Below, in pieces: positions 31,323 to 39,790 of a stretch of 43,692 bases of DNA. The notes beneath the pieces were generated by a model. That model was not told the origin of the DNA, did no database searches, and was given only the letters and a program-made list of their open reading frames with translations. Origin of the DNA: Anaerolineae bacterium (GTDB lineage: Bacteria; Chloroflexota; Anaerolineae; UBA1429); contig JBNGEB010000003.1 of assembly GCA_049975585.1 (NCBI GenBank), positions 1 through 43,692 of the forward strand, in the 5' to 3' direction. Every line of letters starts with the position of its first letter. The first letter of the stretch is position 1. Both the position numbers and the translations under genes were made by a program.

Positions 31323-31673
31323 ATGCCGCACAGGCTGATCGTCGTGGGAGCTGGTGCTTTGGGCTTGATGGCCGCTGTCCGGGCAGCCGAGCGCCATCCC
31401 TGGCTGCGACGAATCAGCGTGGGAACCATCGCGGAGGATCAGGGCCGGATCAATCCCTCTAGCCAACGGGTGAGTGGTGCGGTGGGGCGCTCGCGAGCTG
31501 GGGATGCTGTGGTCTCGGCAAGCGGCGGGGTCACCTGTTCAGAGATGGGCTCTTGTGGCGATGATCTGCGCATGGCACGAGACCTCGAACATGGGATGTC
31601 AGCGCCACGTTCTGGACCGGCTCCATTGGCGGCTGTTGGTCCGTTGCCCGGTGAGCTAGCGGATCTGAGCTAG
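31323..31673 (+). pseudogene. Internally deleted relic of an HI0933/BaiN-family flavoprotein
   Basis: 116 aa with family blocks in order: LIVVGAGALGLMAAVRAAE, VGTIAEDQGRINPSSQR, DAVVSASGG....MGSCGDDLRMARDLEH, APRSGPAPL......LADLS. Confidence 0.7.
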
Positions 31674-31875
31674 CCGCGCGGCCGTTTGACGGAGAGGGGC
31701 AAGCGTGGCAGCCTACCAGTGAATATGCCGCCATGGCTTGTCGATGCTATCTACTGTAGGGCAGCCATCGATGGCAAGACGCTGGGGGCCACAATCTGCT
31801 GACGGCGTTCTCCAGCGGCTGTATGGCAGGCGAGAGCGCGGCGGAACCGGCGCAGGGCGGGAGGTAGCGGCCTTT

Positions 31876-33393
31876 TTGAGCCAGATTGAGATCTCACGGG
31901 AACGCATTCCGGCGCGGATCTTGTTCCGACCAGTGGCTGTGCTGCGGTGGTTGCTGCCCACGCTTCTGCTTGGCATGGCCTGCGCCATCCTGGTGCGAGC
32001 CTATCGGAATCCGCGCCAGACCGTCTGGCTAGAGATCAATGGCTTGCGCGTGCCCCACGAGACGCGGGCGCGATCGCCGGAGGCAATCCTTGCCGAGCTG
32101 GATCTGCCCTTGGCGCCAGAGGACGACATCGCTCTCCCATCGGCGGATGAGCTCTTCAGCGGGCGCCCCATTCGGGTTGACCTGGCACGCCAAGTGGTGG
32201 TCACCCATGACGGGCAGACCACCACAGGCTTTGTCAAAGCCTCGGATGTTGCGGGCATGCTCCAGGAGCTTGGCCTTTCGCTGGGTCCCTCGGATCGGGT
32301 CTATATGGAGGACCAGGCGCTAACGCCACGAGATAGATTCCCTCTGGCTTCGGCTAGCTCCCTCGGACGACCGGGGGCACTGCTCGCATCGCTCCGTGAA
32401 CCTGTGCACCTCAGGGTCCGACGTGCGGTGCGCGTCACGTTGCACGAGGATGGATTGGCCGGGTCGTTCGTCACGGCGGCGCGTACCGTTGGAGAAGCCT
32501 TGCGCGAGCGCGGGATTGCCCTCTACGAAGCTGACTTGATACAGCCTGTGCCCGAGTCTCCCATCGTCGCTGGCCTCACGATCTACCTGGAGCAAAGTCT
32601 GCCAGTGCAACTGCACGTCGATGGGGAGACGCTCTCCATGCGAACGCGTTGCGGCACGGTGAACGAGCTCCTCGATGAGGCCGGGATTTCTCTCGGCCCC
32701 AAGGATTATGTCTTGCCGGCCGGCGAGACCCCACTTGCCTCCGATCTACGGGTCGAGGTGGTGCGAATCGCCGAGGAGTACTATGTGGAGGAGATCCCCA
32801 TCCCCTTTGAGGTGCGCCAGGTGGCGGACCCTGACTTGGAGATCGACCAGTGGCAGGTCGAGGACTGGGGCCATGAGGGCGCGCTCAGGCGACGCGTGCG
32901 GGTGCTGTTCGAGGATGGCCGCGAGCAGTTTCGGACCGAGGAAGAGGAGTGGATCGCGCTCGAGCCGCAGGATCGGATCATTCGCTATGGCACCAAGATT
33001 GTTATGCGCACCGAGATGACGTCCAACGGCCCCATTACGTACTGGCGCAAGCTGCGTATGCTCGCTACGTCCTATAACGCGCCGACCGCTGGCAAGCCCA
33101 TGTCCGATCCCTACTATGGCATCACGCGCGTGGGGTTCCGCGCGCGCTATGGCATCATCGCTGTGGATCCGCGCGTGATCCCACTGGGCCAATCCATGTA
33201 CGTGCCGGGCTATGGGCGAGGCTTGGCGGCCGATACCGGCAGTGCCATCAAGTGGCGCCGCGTGGACTTGTGCTATGACGATCACAATCTGATCCTTTGG
33301 CGCAAGTGGGTCGATGTGTACCTGCTGGGTCCGGTGCCCCCACGTGACCAGATCCTATGGATCGTGCCCAACTATCCCAACGAGACGGGCTAG
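31876..33393 (+). CDS. YabE/RpfB-like cell wall protein (TM, DUF348 repeats, G5, 3D domain); start uncertain (31738 or TTG 31876)
   Basis: TVGEALRERGIAL and TVNELLDEAGISLGPKD repeats, G5 segment IPIPFE..G..G, 3D motif AVDPRVIPLG..AADTGSAIK..VDL. Lies just upstream of rsmA. Confidence 0.88.
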   Translation: MSQIEISRERIPARILFRPVAVLRWLLPTLLLGMACAILVRAYRNPRQTVWLEINGLRVPHETRARSPEAILAELDLPLAPEDDIALPSADELFSGRPIRVDLARQVVVTHDGQTTTGFVKASDVAGMLQELGLSLGPSDRVYMEDQALTPRDRFPLASASSLGRPGALLASLREPVHLRVRRAVRVTLHEDGLAGSFVTAARTVGEALRERGIALYEADLIQPVPESPIVAGLTIYLEQSLPVQLHVDGETLSMRTRCGTVNELLDEAGISLGPKDYVLPAGETPLASDLRVEVVRIAEEYYVEEIPIPFEVRQVADPDLEIDQWQVEDWGHEGALRRRVRVLFEDGREQFRTEEEEWIALEPQDRIIRYGTKIVMRTEMTSNGPITYWRKLRMLATSYNAPTAGKPMSDPYYGITRVGFRARYGIIAVDPRVIPLGQSMYVPGYGRGLAADTGSAIKWRRVDLCYDDHNLILWRKWVDVYLLGPVPPRDQILWIVPNYPNETG

Positions 33394-33397
33394 TTCG

Positions 33398-34237
33398 ATG
33401 GCGTCCATCCGCCATCTGTTGGCCAAGTATGATGTTGAGCCCTCCAAAGGGCTAGGGCAATCCTTTCTCACCGATCACTCGGTGATGGATACCATCATAT
33501 CGGCGGCTGACCTGACTGCCGATGACGTCGTTCTGGAGATCGGACCTGGTCTAGGGTTGCTGACGCGTCGGCTGGCCGATGCTGCCAGGCTCGTGGTGGC
33601 TGTCGAGTTGGATGCGCGCATGGTTGGCATCCTCGAGCACGAGCTCGCCGAGTATCCCAACCTTGTGATCGTGCGCGGCGATGTGCTCGAGATCGACGTT
33701 GTGGGGATCTTGCAGGAGGCTGCGCAGCAGGAGCAGGAGAGGCTATGCTACCAAGTCGTGGCCAATCTCCCCTACTATATCACGTCACAGGCCATTCGGC
33801 AGCTTCTTGAGGCGCGCGTGCCTCCAGAGCGGATGGTGCTGATGGTACAGCTAGAGGTAGCCGAGCGCATTATCGCTGAGCCGGGCGAGATGAGCCTTCT
33901 TGCGCTGAGCGTGCAGCTATACGGCGCGCCGCGGCTCGTGCGGCGCGTTCCGGCGACGGCCTTCTATCCACGGCCCAACGTTGCGTCTGCCGTGCTTCGC
34001 GTGGATGTCCACCACCGTCCTCTGGCGGATGCCGATGTTAGGGAGCGCGTCTTTCGCCTGGCGCGGGCTGCCTTTGGGCAGCGCCGGAAGCAGATGCACA
34101 ACAGCCTCGCCGCCAACCTTGGCTTGCCCAAGGGGTTGGTGAAGGAGACGCTATTCGCGTGTGGCATCGATCCTCGGCGCCGGCCCCAATCGTTGGCGAT
34201 CGACGAGTGGCTTCGCTTGGCGGAGGCGTTTGCCTAG
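33398..34237 (+). CDS. rsmA: 16S rRNA m6(2)A dimethyltransferase; start ATG 33398
   Basis: PSKGLGQSFL, VLEIGPGLGLLT, VVANLPYYIT, MVQLEVAER, FYPRPNV, FGQRRK. Confidence 0.96.
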   Translation: MASIRHLLAKYDVEPSKGLGQSFLTDHSVMDTIISAADLTADDVVLEIGPGLGLLTRRLADAARLVVAVELDARMVGILEHELAEYPNLVIVRGDVLEIDVVGILQEAAQQEQERLCYQVVANLPYYITSQAIRQLLEARVPPERMVLMVQLEVAERIIAEPGEMSLLALSVQLYGAPRLVRRVPATAFYPRPNVASAVLRVDVHHRPLADADVRERVFRLARAAFGQRRKQMHNSLAANLGLPKGLVKETLFACGIDPRRRPQSLAIDEWLRLAEAFA

Positions 34238-34989
34238 TTCTCGTCCCCATTCCAGGCGCTGGGCAGCGCACGCAAGACTGTACAGCCGGTGTCGGCCTCG
34301 CAGGGCCATCCTGCTATCACCGTCACCCACTGATCATCGGTATCGGCGAACCAGGCCTGTGGATCGTCGGGGGCTCCTGGGGAGACGGCTTGTTCTCCGT
34401 AGCGCCATACCTCTTGCACTGTGTAGCGATAGGGCACGACGCCCACCCATACGTAGAGGCGATCGCTGTGGGTCAACTGCTGTAGTGGCTGCAGGAGCGG
34501 GTTGGTCACGTTGGCGGGCCCGGAGATGATCACGTTGCCTGGGTGACCAGGGCGCGCGGATCCCAGGTGATAGACGGCGACCTCGAGGGCATCGTCTGGA
34601 ATGGTGTGGTCGTCACCGGTCTGGACCGGGTGTAGCGTGACGTCGAGGCCGATGGCGGGAACCTGGAGCCGCGTCGGATCTCCGTTGGCGGGCGCATGGA
34701 CGGGCGTGCTTGTGGCTGTTGGAGAGGGCGTCAGGGTCGGAGTAATGGTTGGCGTCGCCGCGCGTGTGCTCGTAGGACTCGGCATGTGAGTTGGGGCGGC
34801 AGTTGTTGGTAAGGTCTGCATCGCTGTTGTCGGCGTCATGGTGGATGGCCTGGTGGGCGGGGTGCCAGTGGGGGAGGTGGACACAAGCCGGGCCACTCTT
34901 GTGGGAGCGAACCACAGGAGCCAGAGCGATGCAACCAGAGCTATGACGGCCAGACTGACGGCGATGGCCGTCCGCGCCACCCTCGTCAA
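34234..34989 (-). CDS. Sortase-fold membrane protein with a Thr/Pro linker; catalytic residues appear replaced
   Basis: N-terminal TM, PT-rich stalk, PTRLQVPAIGLD, SARPGHPGNVIISG, YRYTV. AAGGAGG RBS. Confidence 0.8.
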   Translation of the reverse strand: MTRVARTAIAVSLAVIALVASLWLLWFAPTRVARLVSTSPTGTPPTRPSTMTPTTAMQTLPTTAAPTHMPSPTSTRAATPTITPTLTPSPTATSTPVHAPANGDPTRLQVPAIGLDVTLHPVQTGDDHTIPDDALEVAVYHLGSARPGHPGNVIISGPANVTNPLLQPLQQLTHSDRLYVWVGVVPYRYTVQEVWRYGEQAVSPGAPDDPQAWFADTDDQWVTVIAGWPCEADTGCTVLRALPSAWNGDEN

Positions 34990-35044
34990 CGCTTCCCTCC
35001 TTGTCGCGGCCCCAAGCGCGTCGTGATCTGAGTCCCGTGGGTAT

Positions 35045-35073
35045 TTGCCCTAGCAGCTCGCCCAGCATATAAT
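35045..35073 (+). promoter_or_regulatory. sigma70-type promoter
   Basis: TTGCCC-17 bp-TATAAT. Confidence 0.7.
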
Positions 35074-35170
35074 CGGCTCTTGGTGGCCTTGGCTGTCTTG
35101 CCGGTTCCCACGATCGCAGCAGTCCAAGTCACGTCGCACACAAGCGAGATCGTTCTTTTGGGGGATAAAG

Positions 35171-35485
35171 ATGCCAACGTATGAGTACAAGTGCAAAGAG
35201 TGTGGTATCGTGTTTGAACGTTTCCAGCATTTCTCCGAAGAGCCGATCCGGGTTTGCCCCGAGTGCAACGGCCCCGTGTATCGGGTGATCCATCCTGTAG
35301 GTATCGTCTTCAAGGGCAAGGGTTTCTATATCACGGACAACAGGGGCGACCGCTCGGCTCTCTTGCCCAAGAATGGCCACGATAAGGACAAGAGCCAAGA
35401 AAAGGATACATCTAGCCCGGCTGAGACCGAGAGCTCGGCGACCAGCGAGGCCAGCTCAAGCACAACGAAGGCCAAGGCCGAGTAA
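35171..35485 (+). CDS. FmdB-family zinc-ribbon protein
   Basis: MPTYEYKCKECG..FE..Q..CPECNG..IVFKGKGFY.TD, then a low-complexity tail. Confidence 0.93.
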   Translation: MPTYEYKCKECGIVFERFQHFSEEPIRVCPECNGPVYRVIHPVGIVFKGKGFYITDNRGDRSALLPKNGHDKDKSQEKDTSSPAETESSATSEASSSTTKAKAE

Positions 35486-35530
35486 CGCTCACGCCTTAGC
35501 TGGACGGCTGTCGGGTCCCTGGCGGACTCG

Positions 35531-35830
35531 TTAGAGCTGAAAGCCGCCAGTGGACTCGACCACTTTGTAATCGAGATCCGTTACGAGATCTCCAAGTTTC
35601 TCTCGGAAGGCCGACCAGGTCTCGCTGCGCAGGGCTTCTTCCATGGATTCGATGTCCTCGGTTACGCCGCCAGCTAGCACCTGCGGTCCTTGCCCCCAGA
35701 CGGCATACCAAGCATCGGTAGGTTGCACGCCCATTTCGAGCAGGCTCTTCTGGAACTCGCTTTCGAGGAACTGCAGATACTCGCGTTCCTTCCCCTCGCG
35801 GATATTCCACGTCATGATAAGCTTGATCAT
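35531..35830 (-). CDS. Small hypothetical protein, dimeric alpha/beta-barrel-like; start ATG 35830
   Basis: GGAGG RBS, TGcTATAGT upstream, sequence MIKLIMTWNIREGKEREYLQF..DAWY..WG.GPQ. Confidence 0.75.
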   Translation of the reverse strand: MIKLIMTWNIREGKEREYLQFLESEFQKSLLEMGVQPTDAWYAVWGQGPQVLAGGVTEDIESMEEALRSETWSAFREKLGDLVTDLDYKVVESTGGFQL

Positions 35831-35909
35831 GATATCCTCCGTGTAGCTCGCACTATAGCAGAGGACGGCGCGGGAGACAACCCGTCCGTCCAGCAAGGAA
35901 GGTCATTCT

Positions 35910-36386
35910 ATGCGTGCCGTCGTGCAGCGCGTCACTTACGGGTCGGTAAGCGTGGGTCATGCCATCGTGGGCATGATCAACGAGGGACTTGTGATTCTGC
36001 TCGGCATTGGGAAGGGCGATGGCGAACAGGAGGCCCGTTGGTTGGCGCAAAAGATCGCCAACTTGCGCATCATGGACGATGACCAGGGGCGCATGAACCT
36101 GTCGCTGCTGGATACGGGCGGCGAGGCCTTGGTGGTCTCGCAGTTCACGCTGTACGGGAATGCCCAGCGGGGAAGGCGCCCAAGCTTTACCGACGCGGCT
36201 GCTCCCGAGGTCGCGGAGCCTCTGGTGGATCGCTTTTGCGGTTTTCTCGCCGAGGCCGGAGTGTCCGGGGTGGCCAAGGGCCGCTTTGGCGCCATGATGG
36301 AGGTAGTGATTCACAACGATGGTCCGGTCACCCTGATTTTGGACACGGATCTCTCGCGCCGGGGTCGCTCGAAGAGCGGATCGTAG
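35910..36386 (+). CDS. dtd: D-aminoacyl-tRNA deacylase
   Basis: MRAVVQRV, SQFTL, GRRPSF, GRFGAMM, NDGPVT. Confidence 0.97.
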   Translation: MRAVVQRVTYGSVSVGHAIVGMINEGLVILLGIGKGDGEQEARWLAQKIANLRIMDDDQGRMNLSLLDTGGEALVVSQFTLYGNAQRGRRPSFTDAAAPEVAEPLVDRFCGFLAEAGVSGVAKGRFGAMMEVVIHNDGPVTLILDTDLSRRGRSKSGS

Positions 36387-37269
36387 CCAGATAGCTTCCC
36401 CAGTGCGCAGCGCCCGACTCGCGTACCTCTGCGACCATTTGCGTGTAGATGCGCGCTAGGGCGGCTGGCTCGGCCCAGAGAATGCTATCTAGTTCCACGG
36501 CAACCGCGCCGCTGACGAGCAGGGCGTACACATCTCCCCAGCCAGCGATGCCACCCCGGCCGATCACCGGCAGACCGATCCGCGAGACCTCTTGCACGGC
36601 GTGTGCATACACTGGCGCAAGAGCCGGCGTGTGGAGCATCCCCCCGGCGATCTTCCCTGACGAGCGTCGTGCACATCCTTCAAGCGGCGCTGCGACAACT
36701 AGAGCGTCTGCACCACCGTCGGCAGCCGCTTTCCCAAGGCCTAGCATTCCCTCCAAAGGAAGTCGCACCAGGCACGCCTGCAATGGGGCACTCGCAAGCA
36801 GTGCACACATGTCGGCTACGACTTTGGGTGATATGTCGGGCGTGATGTGTAGTTCGACGCCGCGTACGCTTAGGTCGAGCGCGATTTCACAGAGGATCTC
36901 GCACTCGCCCACTGCCGAGGGAGCCAAGGCAGCCAAGAGGGGGGTGTCTCCTCGCGCGCGACAATGCCGGATGGTGCTCGCCAACGCGTTCCGGCCAAGC
37001 GTCGGTGGGATAACGAGGCACCCGCCCCTGGTGGGCACGATCCCCGGCGTGGTAGCCGGACTATTGGACGGAGGCCAGAGTGCGGGCAACACCATGCCCC
37101 CTAGTTCGGGGCTGCTGCAAAGGTCGTCTAGAAGCGCTCCGGTGCCCGCAGATCCAGATGCCGCCAATAATGGGCTCCTCAGAACGAGAGGCTGCTTGCG
37201 TGCTAGTCCCAGCTCTACCTGGAGTGCCGCGCTGACCTCGGCAGCCAGTTCGCCTGTGTGTGGGGTCAT
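36328..37269 (-). CDS. Dihydroorotate dehydrogenase-like FMN barrel protein with a degenerate active site
   Basis: SPLLAASG, GADAL, LPVIGRGGI..DVYALLVSGAVAV are present; NxSCPN is absent. Confidence 0.75.
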   Translation of the reverse strand: MTPHTGELAAEVSAALQVELGLARKQPLVLRSPLLAASGSAGTGALLDDLCSSPELGGMVLPALWPPSNSPATTPGIVPTRGGCLVIPPTLGRNALASTIRHCRARGDTPLLAALAPSAVGECEILCEIALDLSVRGVELHITPDISPKVVADMCALLASAPLQACLVRLPLEGMLGLGKAAADGGADALVVAAPLEGCARRSSGKIAGGMLHTPALAPVYAHAVQEVSRIGLPVIGRGGIAGWGDVYALLVSGAVAVELDSILWAEPAALARIYTQMVAEVRESGAAHWGSYLATIRSSSDPGARDPCPKSG

Positions 37270-38213
37270 GGCTGCCTGTCTTCCTGGAAGTATCGCTCGA
37301 TGGCTATGGTATAGGCTTCGGCCAAGACATCGAGCACCTCTGGATCCTGGAGCAGCTCACTCTCACGGTCGTGGGTCATAAAGAGCGTTTCGCTGAGCAC
37401 CCCTGGCATTTCAGAAGGGCGTATGATGCGCTCCGATTCGGGACCGAGCAGGATCAGAAAACGTCCGCCCTCAGGATCTGCCTCCAGCTCATGGTCCACT
37501 TGGATGCCCCGATCGAGGACGTCGTGGCCGATTCCCCTGAGGGCTGCCACCAACTCTTCCTGGACGAGGGACGCCAGTCGCTCGCTCTGGTCGGCAAAGG
37601 GGCGATAGGCGTTGTAGAAGGTAACCGTGCCACCAACGTCACCGGCTCGGCTGCCGTCCGGCCAGTAAAAGGCGTTCTGGTGAACGGAAACGAGGAGATC
37701 GGCGCCGGCGGCATTCACGGCGTCGATGCGAAGCTGCAGGTCATCGACATGGTCAACCACGCCATCTTGGTTCACGTCGAGGCCTTCCGGATTCGCCTCA
37801 TAATCGCCGTCGCGCGTGAGAAAGACGCGATAGTCGCGAGCTACCAGTCTGTCACGGATGCGCAGCACCAGAGCCAGGTTGACGTCACTCTCGGCATAGG
37901 CGTAGGCGCCATTCTCGTCGAGACGCACAGCGCCCAGGTCCTCGCCGCCGTGTCCGGGGTCTAGCGCTACAAGGGGTGGTTGCTCCGTTGGCACCGGCGT
38001 AGCGGTAGGGTACGGCGTGGGGGTGGGCGTGTTGGGAACAGGTATCTGTGTAGGAGGGAGAGAGGTAGGCTGCTTGGTGGACAGGCTGGTGATCGTAGGC
38101 TCGGTGCTAGGCGTCGGACTTTTTCGTTGCTGCTCGCCCATGGCTGCGGGCGCGCAGCTCGCGACGTACGCGAGGGCGACGAGAAGGCACGACCACGCGA
38201 GGAATCGTCTCAC
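37266..38213 (-). CDS. N-acetylmuramoyl-L-alanine amidase (Amidase_3), probable lipoprotein
   Basis: Lipobox-like VAS-C, PT linker, LDPGHGG, AESDVNL, VSVHQNA, LSETLF. Confidence 0.88.
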   Translation of the reverse strand: MRRFLAWSCLLVALAYVASCAPAAMGEQQRKSPTPSTEPTITSLSTKQPTSLPPTQIPVPNTPTPTPYPTATPVPTEQPPLVALDPGHGGEDLGAVRLDENGAYAYAESDVNLALVLRIRDRLVARDYRVFLTRDGDYEANPEGLDVNQDGVVDHVDDLQLRIDAVNAAGADLLVSVHQNAFYWPDGSRAGDVGGTVTFYNAYRPFADQSERLASLVQEELVAALRGIGHDVLDRGIQVDHELEADPEGGRFLILLGPESERIIRPSEMPGVLSETLFMTHDRESELLQDPEVLDVLAEAYTIAIERYFQEDRQP

Positions 38214-38226
38214 AACAACCCTTTTC

Positions 38227-38997
38227 TCAACTGAGTACGAGATCTCCTAGGTCAAAGACGGGACCGTCCGTGCAGATCCTTTGCCAGCCGCGCCGTGTCT
38301 CAACGAGGCAACTATCGCAGCAGCCTAGGCCGCAACGGAGCTCGCCCCAAAGCCACGCTTCCGCTCGTCCACGACAGAGCCCGGCGGGGCTCTTGTGGAG
38401 GACAGAAGCCACAAACCGATAGAGGCTCGGTGTCGTCGCGCCCCAGGAAGGCCCCGCCAAGGCTAGCCGCGTGGACCAGGTCACGGCTTTCGCAAGCGCT
38501 TCTAGCCAGCTCGCTTTGTCCTCGCTTCCCACAAACGCCAGATACTCTACGTCGTTAGGTACCAGTTCGCGCGGCGGCAACTGGCGCGCGGTAGGCGCCG
38601 ACACCAGGAGCTGTACGGGACACCGCGCCCGGTCCAAGAGCGCGCCGGCGGGCAACCAGCCGGTGCCTTGCACTACTACGGCTAGGGCATCTGTGGACTC
38701 GGTTGGCTTGAACCCGTGGCCGCACGGCCCTACAAGGTCTACGATGTCGCCGGGCCGACGCGATGCTAGCCAACGGAGGTGCTCATTCTCCGGTCGGATG
38801 AGGAGTCCGATGTCTTGGTCCAAGAACCGGTGGATCGGCACCGCCTGGCGCAGGTATGGGTCGAACCCGGGGCCGCAACGTGCCATCACGAACTGTCCCG
38901 GTACAGCCTGGGAGAGAGCTGGGGCGTGAAGGAGAAGCAGGCGTGTACCTGGGAGCGGCTCGGCTACTGCCTGGACGCTAGCCTGATGCTGCTTCAC
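38227..38997 (-). CDS. PyrK-like iron-sulfur flavoprotein electron transfer subunit, divergent
   Basis: PGQFVM, VGPCGHGF, CGLGCCDSC..RICTDGPVF. Confidence 0.8.
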   Translation of the reverse strand: MKQHQASVQAVAEPLPGTRLLLLHAPALSQAVPGQFVMARCGPGFDPYLRQAVPIHRFLDQDIGLLIRPENEHLRWLASRRPGDIVDLVGPCGHGFKPTESTDALAVVVQGTGWLPAGALLDRARCPVQLLVSAPTARQLPPRELVPNDVEYLAFVGSEDKASWLEALAKAVTWSTRLALAGPSWGATTPSLYRFVASVLHKSPAGLCRGRAEAWLWGELRCGLGCCDSCLVETRRGWQRICTDGPVFDLGDLVLS

Positions 38998-39018
38998 CGT
39001 CCTCCTATCTCTTGCGGG

Positions 39019-39789
39019 CTATGGCTGGTGGATGAGCCAGATGGCCAGGGTGGCCAGCAGAGGGCAGACCGGCGCCAACGGCCCCCATGAGCGCCAATCA
39101 GCATAGCCCGTCAGCCGACAACCCAATGGAAGCACCGCCAGCATGCCGGTCGTCAGGACGAGCCACTGCGCCACCAGGCGGCGCGTGGCGGATGGGGTTG
39201 CGTTGGTAGCCAGGCTGTCTCGCCAGGCCCGCTCGACCTGGGCGCGCGTTCGCGCGAGCGACCCGCTGTTATCGATCACGACATCCGCGCGAGCCACCTT
39301 GGTTTCCGGACTGGGTTGGGCATCCATTCGGACGATGGCTTGCTCTCGCGTCAGCCCGCGCGTCTGCACGAGCCGCTCGATCTGCTGCTCTCGAGGGCTG
39401 GTCGTGACCCATATCGCATCACAATGACGGTCGAGGCCCGCTTCCAGCAGCTTGATGGCCTCCACCACGGCCACCGCTGTTTGGGCGCTTTCAAGCCGGG
39501 CCACAATGGCCCTTTCCACGGCAGGGTGCACGAGGGCTTCCAGATCCGCCAATGCCTCGGGATCCGCGAATACGATAGCGCCCAAAGCTCTTCGATCGAT
39601 GGTGCCATCATCGGAGAGCACGTTGTTGCCGAACCGTGCTACGATGGCATGGTACACCTCGCTGCCTGGCCGCATGACTTCATGAGCGAGCTCGTCGGCA
39701 TCGATGACCGTGGCCCCAAGTTCCCCGAGCATGTGTGCCACCGTCGTCTTGCCGGTAGCGATGTTACCCGTGAGGCCAATGACGTACAT
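39019..39789 (-). CDS. coaE: Dephospho-CoA kinase with a hydrophobic C-terminal extension
   Basis: IGLTGNIATGKTT, IDADELAH, IDRRALG.IVF, LVHPAV, ADVVIDN. Confidence 0.93.
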   Translation of the reverse strand: MYVIGLTGNIATGKTTVAHMLGELGATVIDADELAHEVMRPGSEVYHAIVARFGNNVLSDDGTIDRRALGAIVFADPEALADLEALVHPAVERAIVARLESAQTAVAVVEAIKLLEAGLDRHCDAIWVTTSPREQQIERLVQTRGLTREQAIVRMDAQPSPETKVARADVVIDNSGSLARTRAQVERAWRDSLATNATPSATRRLVAQWLVLTTGMLAVLPLGCRLTGYADWRSWGPLAPVCPLLATLAIWLIHQP

Positions 39790-39790
39790 G

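Noticed and set aside
31270-31875. c-di-AMP (ydaO) riboswitch before the YabE/RpfB-like gene
   Set aside because: The conserved ydaO elements are not visible, and most of the interval is explained by the SRP terminator and the flavoprotein relic.
34690-38110. Thr/Pro-rich repeats in the sortase-like protein and the amidase
   Set aside because: Ordinary low-complexity linkers of surface proteins, not DNA repeat arrays.
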